This document shows, one piece after another, positions 1 to 9,104 of a stretch of DNA of 64,000 bases. A program made the translations under genes and the position numbers. The stretch spans positions 14,952 to 78,951 of the forward strand of contig JBGPGO010000016.1 in assembly GCA_041483895.1 (NCBI GenBank). The letters are read 5' to 3'. This stretch comes from Fimbriimonadia bacterium (lineage in GTDB: Bacteria; Armatimonadota; Fimbriimonadia; Fimbriimonadales; JABRVX01). How positions within the stretch are numbered: position 1 is the first letter of the stretch; each line of letters opens with the position of its first letter. The notes under the pieces were generated by a model, which had not been told where the DNA came from, ran no database searches, and worked only from the letters and a program-made list of their open reading frames with translations.

Positions 1-2220
1 CAACTTACGTAATCGCGACGCCCGCAGCGCCAGGCCAATTCGCTCCGCATCCTCCTCTGCCTGCTTCACCTGCTGATGCGCCACCATGATATGCGCCAGC
101 CGCCGAAACGGAGGATAGCCCGCCTCTTTGCGTATCTCAACCTCGCGCCGATAGAAACCCAAGTAGTCGTGTTTTAGCGCGCACTGTATCGCGGGATGGC
201 CGGGGCTGAAGGTCTGTATCATCACCTTGCCGGGCGCATCCCCACGGCCCGCGCGCCCAGCGACCTGGACCAATAGCTGGAACGTCCGCTCCGCCGCGCG
301 GAAGTCCGGCATGTGCAGGCCCGTGTCGGCGTTGACCACACCGACCAGCGAAACGCGGGGAAAATCCAGGCCCTTCGCCACAATCTGCGTTCCGATGAGA
401 ATGTCCGCGTCGCCGGAACGGAACTTCTGCAACGCCGCCTGCGGGTCGCGCACGTCGCGGTCCAATCGCACAACGTTGGCGTCGGGAAACTGCCGCACCA
501 CGTCTTCCTCCACGCGCTGGGTGCCAAGCCCCATCGGGCGCACGCGGGTGCCGTTGCATTTCGGGCACTTATCCGGCGGCTCGCGTTCGGCCCCGCAATG
601 GTGGCAGCGCAGAACCCCGGCCTTTTGGTGGAACGCCATCGAGACGCTGCAGCGATGGCACATCGGGACCTCGCCGCAATCCCGGCATAACAAGAACGGC
701 GCGTAGGCCCGGCGGTTGAGGAATAGGATGACCTGTTCTTGCCGCTCCAGCGCTTCGTGCATCGCGGCCTCGAGCGGCGCGGCTAGGGCGGATTGTGTGG
801 GCCGTAGCTCGCGCAGGTCCAGCAGTTCGATGGTAGGCAGGTTCTGCTTCGTCACGCGCTCGGGCATCGGCAGAAGCGTGTAGCGGCCGGATGTTGCCCG
901 GTAGTAGCTCTCGATGTCCGGCGTCGCGCTTCCGCGCACCAGCACCGCGCCAGCCTCACGCACACGCCTCTCGCCGATCAGCCGGGCGTCGTATCGCAGC
1001 AGGTTGCCCTGCTTGTAGGACCCTTCATGTTCTTCGTCAATGACCACAAGTCCGAGCGCGGGCAGCGGCGCGAAAACGGCGGAACGAGGGCCGACCACGA
1101 TGGGCGTGTCTCCGCGCGCAATGCGCTGCCACTGGGAATATCGTTGCGATTGGCCCATGCCGGAATGAATGATGGTCGCGGCATCCCCGAACCGCTCGCG
1201 CACCCGCTCCACAATCTGCCCGGCAAGGGCAATCTCCGGCACCAGTATCAGCACCGTTCGCCCCAGCGATAGGCACTCGGACGCGGCCCGCAGATAGACC
1301 TCTGTCTTGCCGCTGGCCGTAACGCCGTGCAGCAGGAACTCCTCGTATCGCCCGGCGGCCAACGATGCGGCGATTCTTCGGCAGGCCGCGAGCTGCGCGG
1401 GCAGCAGGTTTTCTTCGGGTGGGACGGAGCCGAGCAGCACGTCACGATACGACTGCTGTTTGAGGAGCCCCGCCGCCACCAACTTGTCGCGGATTGCCGA
1501 CGAGATGCCAAGCGATTTGATGTCCGCCGGCGAAAGGACGCGCCCTTCTTTTTCTATCAGTTTTTCCGCAGCCTTGGCCTGTGATTTGCGTTGCTTGCCG
1601 GCTAGCTCCATGAACTCAGCCATCGTTTCGGCGTCGGCCACCCGGTAGGGCATGTCCACTTGGCGCGGGACCGGCGGGGTGAGCAGCTCCCACGCTTTTC
1701 TCACAATCCCCTTGCGCCGCAGCGTCTCCAGCACCTTGGTGAACTCCTCGTCGAACTCCGATGTGCGCGCTTCGCCGCCCTTCGCCAGCAGATGGCCGAC
1801 GAGGGCGGCGCCCGGTGTGCCCGCACCCGGCATCGGCGCGCCGGGGATCACCTCCCACAGCGAACGCATGCGCGAACGCGACGCCTGAGGGACCGCTGAG
1901 TAGAGGGCGAGCCACAAAGGACCGCCGTATTCCGCCGCCGCGAAACGGATGAGGGAGAGGAGGTCCGCTGTCAGCTTTGCGCCGCGCGCGATGCCGATGA
2001 GCGGCTTGAGAGAGGTGAGAGGAAAGCCGAGCTTGTCGGGATGGCTCTTGCGCCGCGCGACGATGTATCCGAGGGCCGTGCGGCCATGAAAGCTGACGAC
2101 GACGAGGACGCCGGGATGGCTTACACTCGCGATATGCTCGGGGACGCGGTAGGAGTAATGGGGCTGCGCGTCTTGCGTGCGCACATCCACCACGACATCG
2201 GCGAGGTCGAGCATTTCCAC
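1..2220 (-). CDS. priA: Primosomal protein N' (3' end outside window)
   Basis: Manual translation of the minus strand: LLHGVTASGKTEVY, VIDEEHEGSYKQ, RGSATP, CxxC zinc fingers, GTQIVAKGLDFP, QVAGRAGR. Frame checked at 2214 and 1050. Start GTG 2220 or ATG 2214. Absent from the ORF track because it runs off the edge. Confidence 0.95.
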   Translation of the reverse strand, partial: MEMLDLADVVVDVRTQDAQPHYSYRVPEHIASVSHPGVLVVVSFHGRTALGYIVARRKSHPDKLGFPLTSLKPLIGIARGAKLTADLLSLIRFAAAEYGGPLWLALYSAVPQASRSRMRSLWEVIPGAPMPGAGTPGAALVGHLLAKGGEARTSEFDEEFTKVLETLRRKGIVRKAWELLTPPVPRQVDMPYRVADAETMAEFMELAGKQRKSQAKAAEKLIEKEGRVLSPADIKSLGISSAIRDKLVAAGLLKQQSYRDVLLGSVPPEENLLPAQLAACRRIAASLAAGRYEEFLLHGVTASGKTEVYLRAASECLSLGRTVLILVPEIALAGQIVERVRERFGDAATIIHSGMGQSQRYSQWQRIARGDTPIVVGPRSAVFAPLPALGLVVIDEEHEGSYKQGNLLRYDARLIGERRVREAGAVLVRGSATPDIESYYRATSGRYTLLPMPERVTKQNLPTIELLDLRELRPTQSALAAPLEAAMHEALERQEQVILFLNRRAYAPFLLCRDCGEVPMCHRCSVSMAFHQKAGVLRCHHCGAEREPPDKCPKCNGTRVRPMGLGTQRVEEDVVRQFPDANVVRLDRDVRDPQAALQKFRSGDADILIGTQIVAKGLDFPRVSLVGVVNADTGLHMPDFRAAERTFQLLVQVAGRAGRGDAPGKVMIQTFSPGHPAIQCALKHDYLGFYRREVEIRKEAGYPPFRRLAHIMVAHQQVKQAEEDAERIGLALRASRLRKL

Positions 2221-2336
2221 TTGGTACTGGTACGCCGGACGGCCTCTTCATCCCTTCATAGTCGTACTATGAAGCGGGGCGACTCTTTCCATCCCTTCCC
2301 AGTCGCACTGTGAAGTGCCGTGTTGCAATGTCCGTT

Positions 2337-2470
2337 GTGTTGGGGTCCTCGCTTGCCGCAACCGTTCATCCACCGACGAGCATAGACCCCAACACGCGCG
2401 CAACTACCGATGTGTTGGGGCCCTCGCTTGCCGCAACCGTTCATCCACCGATCAGCCCAGACCCCAGCAC
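2337..2470 (-). repeat. Two copies (2337-2395, 2412-2470) of 59-bp palindromic-ended repeat family A
   Basis: GTGTTGGGG...CCCCAACAC ends; reverse complement aligns with the copies at 29368-29587. Confidence 0.85.
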
Positions 2471-2501
2471 GAGACGGAGGTGTGCGTTTGAGCCGGAGGT
2501 C

Positions 2502-2619
2502 TGTCATTCCGAAGCGAAGCGAGGAATCCCTTTCAGAACCTCTCGACATCCACCAAAGTTAGGAGTCAGCAGGGGCTCCAGAAAGGGATTCCACAGTCGC
2601 AAGCTCCTTCGGAATGACA
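2502..2619. repeat. TGTC/CGTC-type REP-like palindromic element (family D)
   Basis: 13-bp terminal inverted repeat TGTCATTCCGAAG (2502-2514 / 2607-2619) and 12-bp inner inverted repeat GGAATCCCTTTC (2523-2534 / 2581-2592). Confidence 0.8.
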
Positions 2620-2704
2620 ACGTGGTCGTCACCTGGCAGAAAGGGATTCGTGAATCGCTACCTTCCGTCTGAATGAAAACAGAGATGGGTGGTAAGATCG
2701 AGGC

Positions 2705-3553
2705 ATGTTTGAAATGCCGGGTGCGGCACCCGCAGACCTCCGCGCGAAAATGGACCGACTCGCCACGCTCCTTTCGGAGATGGGCGATGTGGCCGTCGCG
2801 TTTTCCGGCGGCGTGGACAGCGCGCTGCTGCTCTATGCCGCGTCGCGCGTTCTCGGTGAAAAGTGCCTGGCGGTCATCGGCGATTCCGAGGCTCTCCCTG
2901 AAGGCGAAATCGACGAGGCCGTCGCGGCGGCGCGCGAGTGGGGAATTCGCCATGAAGTCATCCGCACGCATGAGCTGAGCAAGCGGGAATATGCCGTCAA
3001 TAATCCCGACCGCTGCTATCACTGCAAGACGGAGCTGTTCTCGCGCGTGTGGGACGTTGCCGAGCGGCACGGCATTGCGAACATCGCGGACGGTTCGCAA
3101 ACGGACGACACGGGCGACTTCCGTCCGGGCCGTCGCGCGGGCAGGGAACAGCGGGTGCGCTCGCCACTCTTGGAGGCCGGTTTTTCCAAACAGGACGTGC
3201 GCGATGCGGCCCATGCGCTGGGACTCGGGATGTGGGACAAGCCGTCCTTCGCATGCCTTTCCAGCCGATTTCCCTACGGCACGCAGATTACGCGCGAACT
3301 GCTCGCGCAGGTGGACAGGGCGGAGCGGTCCCTACGCGAGATGGGCTTCCGTCAGGTGCGCGTCCGGCATCATGGGGAGGTCGTACGCATCGAATTGGAG
3401 GCATCCGACATTCCGATTGCGATTGAGATGCGCGAGCGGATAACAGAGGCGATGAAGGCAGCGGGATATGTGTACGCGGCGCTGGATTTGGAAGGCTATC
3501 GCGCCGGGAAGATGAACGATATCATCCGTTTGAAAACGGGCACCGCGCGGTGA
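2705..3553 (+). CDS. larE: ATP-dependent sulfur transferase LarE
   Basis: PP-loop AFSGGVDS, RCYHCK, DFRPG, KPSFACLSSRFPYG, RVRHHG. Confidence 0.93.
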   Translation: MFEMPGAAPADLRAKMDRLATLLSEMGDVAVAFSGGVDSALLLYAASRVLGEKCLAVIGDSEALPEGEIDEAVAAAREWGIRHEVIRTHELSKREYAVNNPDRCYHCKTELFSRVWDVAERHGIANIADGSQTDDTGDFRPGRRAGREQRVRSPLLEAGFSKQDVRDAAHALGLGMWDKPSFACLSSRFPYGTQITRELLAQVDRAERSLREMGFRQVRVRHHGEVVRIELEASDIPIAIEMRERITEAMKAAGYVYAALDLEGYRAGKMNDIIRLKTGTAR

Positions 3554-4299
3554 ACAGGGAGAGTCTCTCTTGCCTCTTAGCTAGCTTGCGCAGCGGGGAG
3601 ATATCGGTGGAAGATGCGATGACGCGGCTACGCGATCTGCCGTTTGAGGATTTGGGTTTCGCGCGATTGGATCATCATCGGTCACTGCGCACCGGTGCGG
3701 CGGAGGTGGTGTTCGGTCCCGGCAAGACGGCGTCGCAACTGCAGGAAATTTTGTCGCGCATCGCCGAAAAACATGGACGCGCGCTTGCGACGAAGGTGCC
3801 TTTAGATATTGCATCCTCGGTGTCTTTGCCCGAAGCCGTTTATGTCGATGACTGCGGCATTCTGCGGGTCGGCAGCAATCACTTGCTGCATCCCGACTGG
3901 CCCGTTGCCGTCGTCTGCGCGGGCACCGCGGACCTGCCGATTGCGAGAGAGGCGGAGGAGACTGCGCGGTATTACGGCGTTGCCGTGACCTGTCATTTCG
4001 ATGTCGGCGTGGCGGGTCTGCACCGGATTTTGGAGGTCCGTCCGGAGCTGGCGACCATGCGCGCGGTTGTGGTGGTGGCTGGCATGGATGGGGCCCTCGC
4101 GAGCGTCGTGGGGGGGCTGGTGCCGTGCCCGGTCATCGCGGTCCCGACCAGCGTCGGGTATGGCGCCTCGTTCGAGGGCATCGGACCGCTGCTCACCATG
4201 CTCAACTGCTGCGCGCCTGGGGTCGCGGTGGTGAACATTGACAATGGCTTCGGAGCGGCGTACATGGCGTTTCGCATCGCATCGGGAGGATTGGTTTGA
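3550..4299 (+). CDS. larB: Nickel-pincer cofactor biosynthesis carboxylase/hydrolase LarB
   Basis: ARLDHHR, AGTADLP, DVGVAGLHR, VPTSVGYG, VVNIDNGFGAA. Confidence 0.95.
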   Translation: MNRESLSCLLASLRSGEISVEDAMTRLRDLPFEDLGFARLDHHRSLRTGAAEVVFGPGKTASQLQEILSRIAEKHGRALATKVPLDIASSVSLPEAVYVDDCGILRVGSNHLLHPDWPVAVVCAGTADLPIAREAEETARYYGVAVTCHFDVGVAGLHRILEVRPELATMRAVVVVAGMDGALASVVGGLVPCPVIAVPTSVGYGASFEGIGPLLTMLNCCAPGVAVVNIDNGFGAAYMAFRIASGGLV

Positions 4300-5444
4300 A
4301 GATCGGTTACTTCGACATGGTCGGGGGCGCGGCGGGGGATATGATTTTGGCCGCCCTAATCGACGCGGGCGCGGACCCATCCGCGATCGACGATGTGCTA
4401 TCCGGAACGGGCGTGATTTATAAGATTAATGTTGAAAAGTTAGACTCTTCTGGCCTTTCGGTCACCCGCGTGAATGTCCAGGCGCAAGACGAGTCCAGCC
4501 ATCGCCACCTCCCCGACGTGCTGGAAATCATCGAGAAATCGTCGGCATCTTCCACCGCCAAGCAAAAGGCCGCCGCCGTTTTCCAGGCACTCGCCGCTGC
4601 GGAAGCTAAGGCGCACGGCACCGATTTGGACCATGTGCATTTTCACGAAGTGGGAGCGGTGGACGCCATCGTGGATATCCTCGGCGCAGCGATCCTTACC
4701 GAGCAGCTAAACCTTTGCTTGCTAGCCAGCTCGCCGTTTCCTTTGGGCCGGGGTGTGATCCATTGCCAGCACGGCGTGATGCCCGCGCCCGCGCCGGCAA
4801 CCCTGAATTTGTTGGAAGGCCGGCCGGTCGTACCATCCGACGCCGGATTCGAAACCGTAACGCCGACGGGCGCCGCCATCCTGACGACCCTGTGCGAACG
4901 CTTCGGCCCGATGCCATCGATGACGCTGGAGAAGACCGGCATAGGGGCGGGCGCCAGGGAATCCGCCCCGCCCAACTGGATCCGATTGCTCATCGGCAAC
5001 ATGCGCGAGACCGCCACGGAAACTATTACCGCCATCGAAACCAATTTGGACGACATGACGCCGGAGGCCATCGCGCATCTTACGACGCGCATCATGGATT
5101 CGGGAGCGCTCGACTGTTACGTGACGCCGATATTAATGAAAAAGGGCCGGCCCGGTCAATGTCTCACCGCGCTCGCCTCACCGCAAACCGCGCAGCAAAT
5201 CGCCCGGCTCATTCTCCAGGACTCCTCCAGCTTCGGCGTTCGGTTTCGCGAAATGGATCGCATCTGTCTGGAGCGGGAGACGAAAGAGGTGGATACGCAG
5301 TATGGCCGCATCCGCGTGAAGATCGGCTATCTGGATGGACAGGTCGTTAAGTCGTCGCCGGAATTTGAGGACTGCCGCACCGCCGCCGAGCAGCACCACG
5401 TGCCCCTCACAACCGTCCAGCAGGCTGCGATCAGCCAACTATAA
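4296..5444 (+). CDS. larC: Nickel-pincer cofactor nickel insertase LarC
   Basis: GAAGDMILAAL, VHFHEVGAVDAIVD, TPTGAAIL, ETNLDD, MKKGRPG, PEFEDC; single uninterrupted ORF. Confidence 0.95.
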   Translation: MKIGYFDMVGGAAGDMILAALIDAGADPSAIDDVLSGTGVIYKINVEKLDSSGLSVTRVNVQAQDESSHRHLPDVLEIIEKSSASSTAKQKAAAVFQALAAAEAKAHGTDLDHVHFHEVGAVDAIVDILGAAILTEQLNLCLLASSPFPLGRGVIHCQHGVMPAPAPATLNLLEGRPVVPSDAGFETVTPTGAAILTTLCERFGPMPSMTLEKTGIGAGARESAPPNWIRLLIGNMRETATETITAIETNLDDMTPEAIAHLTTRIMDSGALDCYVTPILMKKGRPGQCLTALASPQTAQQIARLILQDSSSFGVRFREMDRICLERETKEVDTQYGRIRVKIGYLDGQVVKSSPEFEDCRTAAEQHHVPLTTVQQAAISQL

Positions 5445-8021
5445 GCCGAATCGTTTCTTCCAATCGTCCAGTTTTGTCAGCGCCTCGATGGGTGTCATGC
5501 CGGAGACTTCCATATCGCGCAATTCGCTCATGATTTGCGGCTCTTCCGCCTCAAAAAGGCGGAGTTGCATGGTCTGCGTTTCGATCGATCCTCGTGGACC
5601 GTGGGAGTCTTCTAGCTCCGATAATATCTCCGCCGCGCGCACGAGAACGCTCTGCGGAACGCCGGCCATTCGCGCCACCTGCAACCCATAGCTCTTGTCG
5701 GTTCCGCCCTCCAAAACCTTGTGCAGAAAGATGACGCGATCCTTTTCTTCCTTAACCGCGACCCGGAAATTCCGCACGCCGGGCACCGTCTCGGCCAATT
5801 CATTGAGCTGATGGTAGTGGGTGGCAAACAGGGTCTTCGCGCCCACCTGCGCCAGAAACTCCGCGATTGCCCAGGCCAGGGCGAGGCCATCGTATGTGCT
5901 TGTGCCGCGTCCGATTTCGTCCAAAATGACGAGGCTCTTATTGGTGGCATGATGAAGAATATTCGCGGTCTCGGCCATCTCGACCATAAAGGTGCTTTGC
6001 CCGCTCGCCAGTTCGTCTCTCGCGCCGACCCGCGTGAAAATGCGATCGAGAATGGGAAGCCTAGCGGCTTTGGCGGGGACAAAACTGCCGACTTGGGCCA
6101 GGAGCGCGATGAGCGCAGTCTGGCGCAGATAGGTGGATTTGCCGCTCATGTTCGGTCCGGTCAGAATCACCATCGGCCACACGTCGCGCAGTCGCGTGTC
6201 GTTGGGCACGAACCGTTTGCCATACTGGCTCTCCACCACCGGATGGCGGCCTTCTTCGATCTCCATTTCAGTTCCGTCGTGCATTTCCGGCTTCACATAA
6301 TTAAAGCGGACGGCGGTTTCCGCATGGGAAAGCAACGTGTCAAGTTCCGCAACGGCCGCCGCGACATCGAGAATCGAACGCGCGTTGGAGGCGACATCCG
6401 AGCGCAGAGAGTTGAACAGCTCCGACTCGATATCGAGCATCCTCTCCTCCGCGCCCAGCACGGCGGCCTCATATTCTTTGAGCTCGGCGGTGATGTACCG
6501 CTCGCCCGCCGCCGTCGTCTGCTTGCGGATATAGTGCTCCGGAACTTTGGAAAGGTTGGCTTTGGTGATCTCGATGTGGTAGCCGAAGACGGAGTTGAAG
6601 CCCACCTTCAATGTTGGAATGCCGGTCGCCTGCCGCTCTTTCGATTCGAGCGAGGCGATGTATTGACGGGCGTTCGTGCGAAGGTCGCGGATTTGATCAA
6701 GTTCTTGGCTGAAACCTGTACGAATCACCCCGCCGTCCTTCATCGTCGCCGGCGGTTCGGCCATCAGGGCACGGTCTAGCAGCTCCTGCAATCCGGTCAG
6801 CGGCAGCAGCCGGTCGCGGACGGAATCCAGCTCCGGAAACTCTTCTTTCGTGAGCGTCGCCCGAAGGGCGGGCAGCACGGTCATGGAATCCCTTAGCGCC
6901 GCAAGGTCCCGTGGGCCGGCCACACCGGTTGCGCAGCGCGAGGTCAGCCGTTCCAAATCCTGGATGCGCTTTAGATGCGAGGATAGCTCGTCCCGGAGCA
7001 TGTGCCGATCGCGAAGGCAGCCCACTGCATCGAGCCGGACATCGATCGCCGCCCGATCCAGTAGCGGCTCGGATAGCCAGCGCCGCAGCATCCGCGCGCC
7101 CATCGGGGTGCTCGTGGCATCGACCACGGAAAGCAGGGTCATGCGCCGGCTGCCGTCCGCCAGGTTCTGCGATATTTCCAGGTGCCTCCGCGCGGTCACA
7201 TCCAGGCGCATAAAGTTGTCCACCGAATAGCTGGCGATGGAGGCCAGGTGCTTGGCCGTCGCGATCTCGTTTCGCTTTAGATATCCCAGCACGGAGGCGG
7301 CCGCTCGCACGCCCAGTGTGTACTGCTCTATGCCAAACCCAGCCAAATTCTCCACATCGAACTGGTCCAATAACATGTTGCGTGCGGAGTTGAGCGACGG
7401 CGTGGAATCCACGCGCGTGATTGCCGCCCCGCTCGCGCTTTCCGCCAACTCGGCAAGCTCTTCGCAATCCGTCGGCAGCAAAAGTTCCGAGGGACCCAGG
7501 CGCGCCAGCTCGCCCAGCAGCCGCTCGATGGACTGCTTGCCCACGATCTCCGTCGCCAAGAATCGGGCGGTGGAAATGTCCACATAGCTCAGGCCGAATT
7601 CATTCGCGCCCGGCACCGCCGCCGCCAAGTAGTTGTTCTTCGAAGAGTCCAGCATGGAATCCTCGAGCACCGTGCCCGGAGTCACGACTCGCGTCACGCG
7701 CCGCTTGACCAGCCCCTTGGCCAGTTTGGGGTCCTCAACCTGATCGCAGAGAGCCACCTTGATCCCCTTGGCCAGCAGCCGCGCGACATACCTCTCCACG
7801 CTGTGATGCGGCACCCCGGCCATCGGTATCTTGCCGTTCGGACCGTCGGACTTTCCCGTCAGCGCGATCTCCAGCTCCCGCGCAGCCACCTCCGCATCGT
7901 CGCCGTAGAACTCATAAAAGTCGCCGACGCGCATGGCGAGCAACGCCTCCGGAGCCTGTTTCTTGGCCTCGAAGTACTGCCGCATCATCGGGGTATGAGC
8001 CTCTATCGCCGCCATGTCCAT
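5439..8021 (-). CDS. mutS: DNA mismatch repair protein MutS
   Basis: TPMMRQY, GDFYE, TGPNMSGKSTYLRQ, STFMVEM, DEIGRGT. Confidence 0.98.
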   Translation of the reverse strand: MDMAAIEAHTPMMRQYFEAKKQAPEALLAMRVGDFYEFYGDDAEVAARELEIALTGKSDGPNGKIPMAGVPHHSVERYVARLLAKGIKVALCDQVEDPKLAKGLVKRRVTRVVTPGTVLEDSMLDSSKNNYLAAAVPGANEFGLSYVDISTARFLATEIVGKQSIERLLGELARLGPSELLLPTDCEELAELAESASGAAITRVDSTPSLNSARNMLLDQFDVENLAGFGIEQYTLGVRAAASVLGYLKRNEIATAKHLASIASYSVDNFMRLDVTARRHLEISQNLADGSRRMTLLSVVDATSTPMGARMLRRWLSEPLLDRAAIDVRLDAVGCLRDRHMLRDELSSHLKRIQDLERLTSRCATGVAGPRDLAALRDSMTVLPALRATLTKEEFPELDSVRDRLLPLTGLQELLDRALMAEPPATMKDGGVIRTGFSQELDQIRDLRTNARQYIASLESKERQATGIPTLKVGFNSVFGYHIEITKANLSKVPEHYIRKQTTAAGERYITAELKEYEAAVLGAEERMLDIESELFNSLRSDVASNARSILDVAAAVAELDTLLSHAETAVRFNYVKPEMHDGTEMEIEEGRHPVVESQYGKRFVPNDTRLRDVWPMVILTGPNMSGKSTYLRQTALIALLAQVGSFVPAKAARLPILDRIFTRVGARDELASGQSTFMVEMAETANILHHATNKSLVILDEIGRGTSTYDGLALAWAIAEFLAQVGAKTLFATHYHQLNELAETVPGVRNFRVAVKEEKDRVIFLHKVLEGGTDKSYGLQVARMAGVPQSVLVRAAEILSELEDSHGPRGSIETQTMQLRLFEAEEPQIMSELRDMEVSGMTPIEALTKLDDWKKRFGL

Positions 8022-8109
8022 AGGTTCTACATCTCAATGCCATTAACCTGTCGCCGACGGCGGTTTGTGACAGCCTTAGGGAAAAAACTCTGAATGTTCC
8101 CGAAGTCGG

Positions 8110-9039
8110 TCAAGGCGCATCATTGGGCTGGGCTGGCCGCAAGAGCCGATCCGGTTCGGTCTCACCTTCGGTGGCAGGTCGGAGGAGGGAGGACGGGTCG
8201 TCGGTCGTGGAGGCGGCTCGGAGAAGGCCTGCGGCGTGCGCGGACTGAAGAATGCGATGGCGAACGGCTTCGGCAGCCTTCGCGGCTTGTTCTCTCACTT
8301 CCTTTGGCACCGAATCATTGGCGAGAATGCCGTCCGCAACGCGGCCCAACGGCCAAAGCGCCGGCCCGAAGGAGCTATGCCCAAGAACCTTGCAAATTGC
8401 AATCACGACCCGCCAATCCAGCGGTCTTTTCTTCCATCCGACCGGGATAAGCAACCAGAGTAGGTTGCGAAGTTCCTGCGGCCGCAGCTCACTCATTTCG
8501 TCATCAGTTAGGTCTGCGCTTCTCGAGACGAGATGCTCAGCGGCTTTCGTCCCACATCGTTTGTCACGAATCGCGATCGTCAGCGTACGCAAGGGAATCG
8601 GCTCCCGGGCGTCCAAGGCCGAGTCGATGGCGCGGCGGGCCGAGGCTCGTTCTCGTTTGTAGTGCCAAACGATTTGCCAACTTATGACGACGCCAGGAAG
8701 CGCCATGAAAAAATAGAACAATGGATATGGCATTCTATACCCAAGCTTCAAAAAGCCATACCAGATCAACACGGCAAAGAAGTAGAAAATGCAACCGTCG
8801 CGGAATTTGGCCAAGCGTGGTACTCGAGACGGATGATCCGAGCGGCCCACCCTCGATAGGGTGGCGAGGGAAGACGGAGCCACCTCCGCGCTGGTATCCC
8901 TTTTCAGCTCCGCCACAAAGTCCTTGAGCGTGATGTGGCTTGGCACGATGGTTTTTGCTCCACAAATGGGGCACACCCACGCGCTCGGCCCCCATTCCTC
9001 GAGCTTGACCCGCTCGCAGTTGCAGTTCCGGCATTTCAC
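8110..9039 (-). CDS. Hypothetical membrane protein: N-terminal CxxC..CxxC ribbon, two TM helices, helical domain, LLRxA tail repeats
   Basis: 309-aa ORF with CRNC/CPIC, two hydrophobic segments and three LLR motifs at the C-terminus. Confidence 0.7.
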   Translation of the reverse strand: MKCRNCNCERVKLEEWGPSAWVCPICGAKTIVPSHITLKDFVAELKRDTSAEVAPSSLATLSRVGRSDHPSRVPRLAKFRDGCIFYFFAVLIWYGFLKLGYRMPYPLFYFFMALPGVVISWQIVWHYKRERASARRAIDSALDAREPIPLRTLTIAIRDKRCGTKAAEHLVSRSADLTDDEMSELRPQELRNLLWLLIPVGWKKRPLDWRVVIAICKVLGHSSFGPALWPLGRVADGILANDSVPKEVREQAAKAAEAVRHRILQSAHAAGLLRAASTTDDPSSLLRPATEGETEPDRLLRPAQPNDAP

Positions 9040-9104
9040 GGCGTCGTCAGATTACCCACGAACCAAGGGCCGAACGGCTTCCGCACTTCTTGATTGCCGA
9101 TCAG

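Noticed and set aside
1..2220. priA pseudogene, because it is absent from the ORF track
   Set aside because: The frame is consistent at the positions checked; it is unlisted only because the stop lies outside the window.
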